The translations under genes were made by a program, and so were the position numbers. The notes below the pieces were generated by a model. The model was given only the letters and a program-made list of their open reading frames with translations, searched no databases and was not told where the DNA came from. 64,000 nt of DNA from a bacterium (lineage in GTDB: Bacteria; Elusimicrobiota; Elusimicrobia; Elusimicrobiales; UBA9959). Positions 57,949 through 64,000 of this stretch are shown piece after piece. Position 1 is the first letter of the stretch. The number at the start of each line of letters is the position of its first letter. The stretch lies in the NCBI GenBank assembly GCA_021847485.1, contig JAJZRA010000003.1, positions 7,819 through 71,818 on the forward strand, given 5' to 3'.

Positions 57949-58721
57949 TTCTTCACCTTCTCGTTCATGCGGGCCGCCATGGCCGTGCCGGCGAGCACCA
58001 GGTCCGGGACCACCTTATCGAAGAGCTCCGCGTCCTCGAAAAGCTTCGAGAAGCCGCCGGTGCCGAGCAACAGCGCGTCCCCGCCGAAATACTCCTGCCT
58101 GATCTTCTCCGAGATTCCTTTGATGGCCAGCAGGTTGGAATAGTACAGGCCGGACTGGATGGAGTCCACCGTGGTCTTGCCCACGAGCTCCGGCGGCTTC
58201 ATGATCTCCACGCGCGGCAGCTTGGCCGTGCGGGTGGAGAGCGCCTCCATCGAGATGCGCAGCCCCGGCATTATCAGCCCGCCCAGGTATTCCTTCTTCG
58301 CGCTGACGGCGCAGAACGTGGTGGCCGTGCCCAGGTCCACGATGATGAGGTTCCTGTCGGGGAACATCGCCGCGGCCGCTATCGAGTTGGCTATGCGGTC
58401 GGCGCCCACCTCGAGCGGGTTCTTATACTTGATGTTCAGGCCGGTCTTCACGCCGCCCTGCAGCAGGAACGGCTCCAGGCCGAAGTACTTCACGGCCATG
58501 TGGCGCAGCGTGTAGAGCAGGTCCGGCACCACCGAGCAGATCGCGACCTCCGTTATTTCCTTCGGGTCCAGCCCGCTCTCGCGGATGGCGTTCTTGAAGA
58601 ACGTGCCGAACTCGTCGGCGGTGGCGTTGCAGGAGGTCCCCCTGAACTTCGCCACCACGTCGTCGCCCTTGAAAACCCCCGCGAAGATCTGCGTATTGCC
58701 CACGTCCAATGCTAGCAGCAT
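57945..58721 (-). CDS. coaX: Type III pantothenate kinase
   Basis: LLALDVGNTQI and VDLGTATTF motifs. 258 aa. Confidence 0.9.
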   Translation of the reverse strand: MLLALDVGNTQIFAGVFKGDDVVAKFRGTSCNATADEFGTFFKNAIRESGLDPKEITEVAICSVVPDLLYTLRHMAVKYFGLEPFLLQGGVKTGLNIKYKNPLEVGADRIANSIAAAAMFPDRNLIIVDLGTATTFCAVSAKKEYLGGLIMPGLRISMEALSTRTAKLPRVEIMKPPELVGKTTVDSIQSGLYYSNLLAIKGISEKIRQEYFGGDALLLGTGGFSKLFEDAELFDKVVPDLVLAGTAMAARMNEKVKK

Positions 58722-59392
58722 AATGCCTCCGTTCTTTCCGCTATGAAACCGTAAAGTTTTTCGGCCAGTTCCGCGTGACCCGCGCAGTCGGCCTCGAGGA
58801 CGCCTTTCCGGTAGACATGGAACGGGTGAGCCCCGTTCATCTCGGAGAGGTCGTTGTGCACCACCAGGTCCGCCGCCGCGAGAGCCCGCACCTTCTCCAG
58901 CACCTTCCCGGAGGAAGCCCCGGCGGTCAGCTTGAAGCCGACGAGCAGCGGCTTAGGCCTGTTGGCGGCGGCCGCGTAACCCTTTATCCTGTCGAGGATC
59001 TTGAAGTTGCGGCGCAGCGTCAGGCGCAGTTCCAGCGGCGAGGAATCCAGCTTCGTGGCGCGGCCCGGCAGGAAGCCCCTGCCGTCGGCCTCGATATAGG
59101 AAGGGGAATAGTCGCTGACGGCGGCCAGGTGCACCACCGCGTCGAAGGGCTCGGCCCGCAGCGCCTTCTGAACGGCGCCGTTGAGGTCCGCGAAGGAGAA
59201 GAACTCCTCCACGCGGATGCTGCCGCCGGCGGGGCGGATGGCCCCGGCCGCGCAGAGGCACAGCACCTCGCAGCCGCGGGAGGCCAGCTCCTCGGCCAGC
59301 GCGCGGCCGGTATAGCCGGTGCTCAGGTTGGTGATGAAGCGGGCCGCGTCTATCGGTTCGCGGGTGCCGCCTGAAGTGAGCAGCACTTTCAT
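58712..59392 (-). CDS. coaB: Phosphopantothenate-cysteine ligase (stand-alone CoaB)
   Basis: LLTSGGTREPID...ITNLSTGYTG pattern of the DFP/CoaB domain. 226 aa. Confidence 0.8.
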   Translation of the reverse strand: MKVLLTSGGTREPIDAARFITNLSTGYTGRALAEELASRGCEVLCLCAAGAIRPAGGSIRVEEFFSFADLNGAVQKALRAEPFDAVVHLAAVSDYSPSYIEADGRGFLPGRATKLDSSPLELRLTLRRNFKILDRIKGYAAAANRPKPLLVGFKLTAGASSGKVLEKVRALAAADLVVHNDLSEMNGAHPFHVYRKGVLEADCAGHAELAEKLYGFIAERTEALCC

Positions 59393-59931
59393 AGGTTCTT
59401 TATTATCTCCTTATATATGGCCTCGGGCTCGAGCAGCCTCCCCTCCCCCGCGTCGCCGCAGGCCTGGTAGCCCTTGCCGGTGCCCAGCACCTTCACGCCC
59501 CAGTCCTCCAGCGTCTTCACGCCGCGGCGGGTGGCCGGGTGCGCCCACATATTGCGGTTCATCGCCGGGGCTATAAGATACGGCTTCTTCTGGTCCCAGG
59601 CGAGAAAGAGGGTCGTCACGAAGTCGTCGGCCACGCCGGCGGCCAGCTTGTTCATCACGTTGGCGGTGGCCGGGCAGACTATAGCGAGGTCCATCCACTT
59701 GGTCAGCTCGATGTGTTCCAGCGCCGAGCGGTCCTCGAAGGTGTCCACGTAGACCGCGTGGTGCGTAAGGCCCTCCAGCGTGGACTTGCCGATGAACTTC
59801 AGCGCGTTCTCCGTGACCGCGGTCTTTACGTCATAGCCTTCCTGCACCAGCCGCGAAATGACGCCGCAGGCCTTGTAGCAGGCTATCGAGCCGGTCAGCT
59901 GGAAGAGTATGTTCTTCTTAGGCCTTAACAT
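59389..59931 (-). CDS. coaC: Phosphopantothenoylcysteine decarboxylase (stand-alone flavoprotein CoaC)
   Basis: ILFQLTGSIACYK flavoprotein N-terminus and PAMNRNMW motif. 180 aa. Confidence 0.85.
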   Translation of the reverse strand: MLRPKKNILFQLTGSIACYKACGVISRLVQEGYDVKTAVTENALKFIGKSTLEGLTHHAVYVDTFEDRSALEHIELTKWMDLAIVCPATANVMNKLAAGVADDFVTTLFLAWDQKKPYLIAPAMNRNMWAHPATRRGVKTLEDWGVKVLGTGKGYQACGDAGEGRLLEPEAIYKEIIKNL

Positions 59932-60679
59932 TGTCTATCAGCCTCACTTTGCCGAGCCGGGCCGCGGCGAACCTGCGGCCCCAGCGCTCCTCGACGTAAT
60001 CCGGCTTGAAGCCGAGCGCCGCCAGGCGCCGCTTTATCTCCGCGGGAGAGTTCTTCGAGCGCAGCGCCCTGTACAGCTCCGGCGCCAGTTCGCGGTGTTC
60101 CGGCTCCAGCAGCAGATTGCGGGAGCTCATCGCCAGGCCGTCGGGTTCGCGCAGCGTGGGACAGGGGATCATCTCCGTGTCCAGGAAGAAGGCTTCCGCC
60201 ATGCCCTTGATCAGGCGGTACTGCTGGTAATCCTTCTCGCCGAAGTAGGCGCGCGCCGGCCGCACCAGGTTGAGGAGCTTCAGGACCACGGTCAGCACGC
60301 CGTCGAAATGCCCCGGCCTGAACGCGCCGCAGAGCCCAGCGCTGTCGGCCGTCTCGGTGACGCGGTAGCGGTAGCCGTCGGGGTAGATGTCCTCCGCCGA
60401 GGGCAGCAGCAGGTAGTCGGCGCCGGCCGCTTCCAGCTTGCGCACGTCCTCCGCCACCGGGCGCGGGTAACGCCTGAGGTCCTGCGGGTCGTTGAACTGC
60501 GCAGGGTTCACGAAAACGCTGGCCACCACCAGGTCGTTCTCGCGGCGGGCCCGCTCCAGCAGCGACAGGTGCCCGTCGTGCAGGGCGCCCATCGTCGGGA
60601 CGAAGCCTATCTCATCTATCGCGAACCGGGGCTCCGTACGGAGCGCCCGCCAGCGTTTCGTTCCTTTCACTATTTGCAT
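59918..60679 (-). CDS. panC: Pantoate-beta-alanine ligase
   Basis: VPTMGALHDGH and VSVFVNPAQF motifs. Confidence 0.92.
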   Translation of the reverse strand: MQIVKGTKRWRALRTEPRFAIDEIGFVPTMGALHDGHLSLLERARRENDLVVASVFVNPAQFNDPQDLRRYPRPVAEDVRKLEAAGADYLLLPSAEDIYPDGYRYRVTETADSAGLCGAFRPGHFDGVLTVVLKLLNLVRPARAYFGEKDYQQYRLIKGMAEAFFLDTEMIPCPTLREPDGLAMSSRNLLLEPEHRELAPELYRALRSKNSPAEIKRRLAALGFKPDYVEERWGRRFAAARLGKVRLIDNVKA

Positions 60680-61460
60680 GGTCCTTCCTCTTGTTCTCCG
60701 GGAATACGGAAGCCTTCACTTCCGCGTCGAAAGAATTTATGGCCCCCTCCAGCAGCGCGCGGCCGTCCAGGTAACGCTTCACGAAGGACGGCGGCTCGCC
60801 GTAGAGACCGAGCAGGTCCTGCAGCACCAGCACCTGCCCGTCCGTGTGCGGGCCGGCGCCTATACCGATGACGGGGATCTTCAGCAGGTTCGTTATGCGC
60901 CCGGCCAGCGCCGCCGGCACGCATTCCAGCACCAGCGCGAAACAGCCGAGGCGCTCGAGCTCCTGCGCCTGGGCCACGAGCTTCTCCGCGGAGGCCCGGT
61001 CTTTCCCCTGCGTGCGGTAGCCGCCGAGGCGGTTCAAGGACTGCGGCGTTAGGCCGAGATGGCCCATGACCGGCATGTCCGACTGGACTATGTGGGAAAC
61101 GATGTCGCCGTGGCCGTCCAGGCCCTCTATCTTTACGGCCTGGGAGCCGGCGCGGGCCAGCAGCTCCACCGCCTCCATCGCCGGGCCGCGGCCTTTGCGG
61201 ACGGAAAGAAAAGGCATGTCGGAGACTATGAGTTTTTCCTTTACGGCGCGCGCGACGGCGGCGGTATGCAGCGCCATCATCTCCGTGGTGGCGGCTATGG
61301 TGCTGGGGTGGCCGTGCATCACCATCGCGGCGCTGTCGCCCACGAGCACGCAGTCGGCGGCGGAACGGGCGGCTATCGCGGCCAGCGTGTAGTCGTAGGC
61401 CGTGACCATCGAGATCTTCGGCCCCGGCTTGCGGTAATTATAAAAGTCCGTTATCTTCAT
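60612..61460 (-). CDS. panB: 3-methyl-2-oxobutanoate hydroxymethyltransferase
   Basis: MVTAYDY, VGDSAAMV and VKIEG motifs. It has a C-terminal tail of about 25 aa that overlaps panC. Confidence 0.9.
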   Translation of the reverse strand: MKITDFYNYRKPGPKISMVTAYDYTLAAIAARSAADCVLVGDSAAMVMHGHPSTIAATTEMMALHTAAVARAVKEKLIVSDMPFLSVRKGRGPAMEAVELLARAGSQAVKIEGLDGHGDIVSHIVQSDMPVMGHLGLTPQSLNRLGGYRTQGKDRASAEKLVAQAQELERLGCFALVLECVPAALAGRITNLLKIPVIGIGAGPHTDGQVLVLQDLLGLYGEPPSFVKRYLDGRALLEGAINSFDAEVKASVFPENKRKDHANSERNETLAGAPYGAPVRDR

Positions 61461-62146
61461 TTTTTCCTCTTATAGGCTCCGGCGAAAGCTTTGTAGACCC
61501 CGGCGTACGGGTCGCGGCCCAGGGCCTTGATGTTGGCCGCGACGGTGGCCCTGTCCCCCCTGGCTATGGGGCCGGTGAGGGCGCGCTCCGGATCGGCGGC
61601 GAAATTATCGAGCGAGGAGCGGAAGTAATCCCCGGCGGCGGCGCGGCTCACGCCGAAAGCGGAGAGGCCCGCCGCGGCGCGGCTCCAGAGCAGCACCGGC
61701 AGGTTAGCCCCGAGCACGCAGAGGGCGTGGTAGAGCGGCTTGTCTTCCGGGCGTACGGCGAAGGACGGGTTGCCGAACTCCGGCACCAGGCGCTTCAGCG
61801 GGAAGCCGGGCTCCACCGCGAAGGGGATGGCCCTGTAGGCGGCCAGGTCCAGCAGGCGGCCTGAGAGCGGCCTGAACGGGTGCATGGCGCGGACGCCCGG
61901 CAGCGTGAGGCTGCCGGAGAAGTGCACCAGGGTCTTCTTCCGCAGGAAAGGATTGGAGTTTATGAATGGCAGTATGGCCGCGTCCGGCAGCAGCACGAAG
62001 ACCGTGGAGCAGGGCGCGAGGACGGCCCCGGGGGTCTTTCCCAGGCGCCTGTGCCAGAGTTTATAAGGAAGGCCGAGCAGCCTGAAGTAGCGCCGCAGAT
62101 GCCGCGAAGCGCGGCCGTCGCCGGCTATGCCGTAGAGTCTTTTCAT
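61457..62146 (-). CDS. Rossmann-like / DUF2520-like protein, candidate ketopantoate reductase
   Basis: GIAGDGRAS glycine loop and a C-terminal pattern ...LTGPIARGD... typical of DUF2520 proteins. First gene of the pan operon. The start could instead be the TTG at 62176. Confidence 0.6.
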   Translation of the reverse strand: MKRLYGIAGDGRASRHLRRYFRLLGLPYKLWHRRLGKTPGAVLAPCSTVFVLLPDAAILPFINSNPFLRKKTLVHFSGSLTLPGVRAMHPFRPLSGRLLDLAAYRAIPFAVEPGFPLKRLVPEFGNPSFAVRPEDKPLYHALCVLGANLPVLLWSRAAAGLSAFGVSRAAAGDYFRSSLDNFAADPERALTGPIARGDRATVAANIKALGRDPYAGVYKAFAGAYKRKK

Positions 62147-62189
62147 ACCGTGGGTACCTGTCCGTCGCCGGATCAAGTCCGCTGATAAG

Positions 62190-62195
62190 ATTATA
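62190..62195 (-). promoter_or_regulatory. Candidate -10 box TATAAT (minus strand) for the pan/coa operon
   Basis: The minus strand reads CTTGCTATAATCTT, immediately downstream of a GC hairpin (about 62201-62227). Confidence 0.4.
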
Positions 62196-62249
62196 GCAAG
62201 TCCGCGCGCCCCGCGGCGCGCTGCGGATTCACTTTTTAAGGAGCGCCCG

Positions 62250-63728
62250 TCAGACGGGCAGGATGGCGCGCTCTTTGGCCCAGGCGCGGACGAACTCGAC
62301 CGCCTCGGCCTTGATCACCGACAGCGGCCTGGTCAGCTTAAGCTGCTCCAGGACGTGCCGGCCGGAGGTGTTCTCCCCCGCCCCCGAGGCGCTGTAGAGG
62401 GCGGAAATGACCGCCTGCTCTATCTCGGCGCCGCTGAAGCCCTCGCTGGCGGCGGCCAGGGCGGGCAGGTCGAACTGCGCCGGGTCCAGGCCGCGCTTGG
62501 CCAGGTGGATGCGCAGGATGCCTGCCCGCGCGGCGGCGTCCGGCAGGTCGGCGAAGAAGATCTCGTCGAAGCGGCCCTTGCGCAGCAGCTCGGGCGGCAG
62601 GTTATTGATGTCGTTGGAGGTGGCGGCGATGAAGGAGCGGTCCTTGCGCTCCTGCATCCAGGTCAGCATCGTGCCGAGCACGCGCTTGGAGACGCCGCCG
62701 TCCACGTCGCTCGAGGAGGCGGCGAAGATCTTCTCGATCTCGTCTATCCACAGGCAGACCGGCGCCAGGCGCTCCACGGTGGCCAGCGCCTTGCGCAGGT
62801 TCTCCTCCGTCTCGCCGATGTACTTGGAGTAGAGGCGCGTCAGGTCCAGCCGGTAGAGCGGTATGCCCAGCTCTCCGGCGGTCACCTTGGCCGCCAGCGA
62901 TTTGCCGCAGCCCTGCACGCCCAGCAGCAGCACGCCCTTGGGCGGCGGCAGCGGGCCGTCGGAGAAGAACGAGCGTTTGCGGTCGTTGATCCAGCGCTTG
63001 AGATTGTCGAAGCCCGCGATGCCCGCCGGCTTCTCGGAACCGAAATATTCCAGGATCCCCTCGCGGTCGAAGGCCTGCTTCTTGAACTTCTCCATCTCCT
63101 CGATATCGGAGGCGTCGAAGCGCGAGTCCTTGAGCATGCAGACGTTTAGGACGTTGCGGATCTGCTGGATGGACAGCCCGTTGAGGGTCTTCACCGCGCG
63201 GCGCAGCGCCTCGGGCGGCATGTCCACCTCCAGGCGGGCGGCGCTCCGGCGGAACTCGGCCACGGCCCGGTTGATCTCGGCCAGGATCTCCCGTTCGTCC
63301 GGGTAGCCGCCCTGGATGCGCGCGGCCAGCGGCGCTATGTCCGGGGGCAGCTTTACCTCGCCGCCGATCAGCACGGCGGTGGCGGGAGTGCCGTTCATGC
63401 GGTCGAGCAGGTCCTTGAACAGGCGGGCGACGGCCGCGTCGGAGAGGAAGCGGTCGAAGTCCGCCAGCGCGAACAGGCAGTTGCGGGATTCCTTGACCAG
63501 GTCGCCGGCGATCCGCAGCATCGCTGCCGGGTCGCCGGTCTTGTAGAAGGAGTTGGCGTTGCCGCCCACGCGCAGGCCCTCGGTGAGGGACCACGGATAG
63601 AGCGTGAAGCCCAGGCCCGCGGCCGCGCTCCTGAGCTGGCCCATGACGTAATTCTCGTCGATGGTGTCCACGGCCACCAGCGGGTACCGGGATTTTACCA
63701 GGAGGGATATCTCTTCTTCGAAATTCAT
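62250..63728 (-). CDS. AAA+ ATPase, Ycf46-like
   Basis: N-terminus MNFEEEISLLVKSRYPLVAV. Walker A GVQGCGKS, Walker B LWIDEIE, and LPPELLRKGRFDEIFF. Trimmed from ORF 62250..63986, whose 5' extension runs into the tRNA. Confidence 0.85.
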   Translation of the reverse strand: MNFEEEISLLVKSRYPLVAVDTIDENYVMGQLRSAAAGLGFTLYPWSLTEGLRVGGNANSFYKTGDPAAMLRIAGDLVKESRNCLFALADFDRFLSDAAVARLFKDLLDRMNGTPATAVLIGGEVKLPPDIAPLAARIQGGYPDEREILAEINRAVAEFRRSAARLEVDMPPEALRRAVKTLNGLSIQQIRNVLNVCMLKDSRFDASDIEEMEKFKKQAFDREGILEYFGSEKPAGIAGFDNLKRWINDRKRSFFSDGPLPPPKGVLLLGVQGCGKSLAAKVTAGELGIPLYRLDLTRLYSKYIGETEENLRKALATVERLAPVCLWIDEIEKIFAASSSDVDGGVSKRVLGTMLTWMQERKDRSFIAATSNDINNLPPELLRKGRFDEIFFADLPDAAARAGILRIHLAKRGLDPAQFDLPALAAASEGFSGAEIEQAVISALYSASGAGENTSGRHVLEQLKLTRPLSVIKAEAVEFVRAWAKERAILPV

Positions 63729-63756
63729 CTGGGAGGCTGGCCGGCCCCGACCGGCC

Positions 63757-63783
63757 CGGATCTGGTGCGCCCGGAAGGAATCG
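63757..63783 (-). repeat. Partial duplicate of the tRNA-Arg 3' end (27 bp, 1 mismatch versus 63920-63946)
   Basis: CGGATCTGGTGCGCCCGGaAGGAATCG versus CGGATCTGGTGCGCCCGGcAGGAATCG. The upstream part does not fold as a tRNA. Confidence 0.8.
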
Positions 63784-63881
63784 GTCACAGGTCCTCGGTC
63801 CGCCGTCGCGGACCTCGGCCCGCGACCCCGGCTCGCCGCTGCGGGCTGCTGCCCTCGCGGCTGCGCCTTTCGATTCCTGCC

Positions 63882-63903
63882 GCGGGACATAATTATGTCC
63901 CGC
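63882..63903. repeat. 22-bp perfect palindrome GCGGGACATAATTATGTCCCGC
   Basis: Read directly from the sequence. It lies 22 nt downstream of the tRNA 3' end and abuts a 14-bp inverted copy of the tRNA T-arm (63869-63882). Confidence 0.85.
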
Positions 63904-63925
63904 TCCGGGTTCCTTACAACGGATC

Positions 63926-64000
63926 TGGTGCGCCCGGCAGGAATCGAACCTGCACTTAGAGCTTCGGAGGCTCCCGTGATATCCATTTCACTACGGGCGC
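63926..64000 (-). tRNA. tRNA-Arg (anticodon CCG), CCA encoded
   Basis: The reverse complement folds as a 75-nt cloverleaf. Acceptor stem GCGCCCG/CGGGCGC, D arm GTGA..TCAC, anticodon stem-loop GGAGC-CTCCGAA-GCTCT, T arm GCAGG-TTCGATT-CCTGC, then ACCA. Confidence 0.93.

Noticed and set aside
62201-62227. GC hairpin upstream of the pan operon as a possible pan-motif riboswitch-like RNA.
   Set aside because: It lies upstream of the candidate -10 box (62190-62195), so it is more likely the terminator of the AAA+ gene. I cannot recall the pan motif consensus well enough to claim a match. It is left as a suggested Rfam check.
63757-63860. A second tRNA gene or pseudogene suggested by the TGGTGCGCCCGGAAGGAATCG copy.
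   Set aside because: Only the acceptor 3' strand and part of the T arm are present. The upstream sequence cannot form T, anticodon or D stems. I treat it as a partial duplicate, not a gene.
62250-63986. Full-length 578-aa ORF for the AAA+ ATPase, extending upstream.
   Set aside because: The first 86 codons are Arg/Gly/Pro-rich, cross the tRNA-end repeats and run into the tRNA-Arg gene. The Ycf46-like homology begins exactly at MNFEEE (ATG 63728).

Overview
This is a GC-rich, gene-dense chromosomal segment from a diderm bacterium (LptF/G, TolC, and outer-membrane proteins ending in Phe are present). Lineage cannot be assigned from the sequence alone. I support about 55 protein genes, one tRNA-Arg(CCG) at the right edge, and several intrinsic terminators. 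I found no rRNA, CRISPR array, transposase or integrase.

Gene content, left to right:
- glcE/glcF-like oxidase, a GAF/HD-GYP phosphodiesterase and an OsmC-like protein.
- A ~14-kb envelope-glycan locus (3430-17502, extending to a UGM-like gene and mtgA). It has an NDP-amino-deoxy-sugar pathway, four GT2s, one GT1, a WecA-like initiating transferase, a GT-C/ArnT-like transferase and two cobalamin-type radical SAM paralogues.
- A minus-strand run of HAMP protein, TolC, patatin, TPR protein, dapF and dapA.
- A probable PPi-dependent PFK, an OMP, a REC-only regulator and dnaE.
- nudF-tkt, then gnd-zwf-pgl and a greA-like gene.
- lptF/lptG, divergent from an 1801-aa SprA-like giant outer-membrane barrel.
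- comF, two GH13 enzymes, and a second GT-C-like protein with a periplasmic-domain partner.
- A TrmA/RlmD-type methyltransferase, an Rrf2 regulator, an SDR/DUF2867 protein and a monomeric IDH.
- A seven-gene pantothenate-to-phosphopantetheine operon and a Ycf46-like AAA+ ATPase next to the tRNA.

The most unusual signal is non-coding. A ~430-bp densely self-complementary element (4143-4570) lies between convergent glycan genes. Its 145-nt core recurs at about 90% identity between tkt and gnd (33773-33939). There it folds into a compact five-helix structure whose G-U pairs indicate a plus-strand RNA. I could not match it to any RNA family I know.

Other notable points:
- A recurrent -10 box 6-8 nt upstream of the start codon, suggesting leaderless mRNAs.
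- Scars of the tRNA-Arg 3' end plus a 22-bp palindrome downstream of the tRNA.
- Many 4-nt ATGA gene overlaps.

All function calls come from motif recognition by eye. No database search was run.
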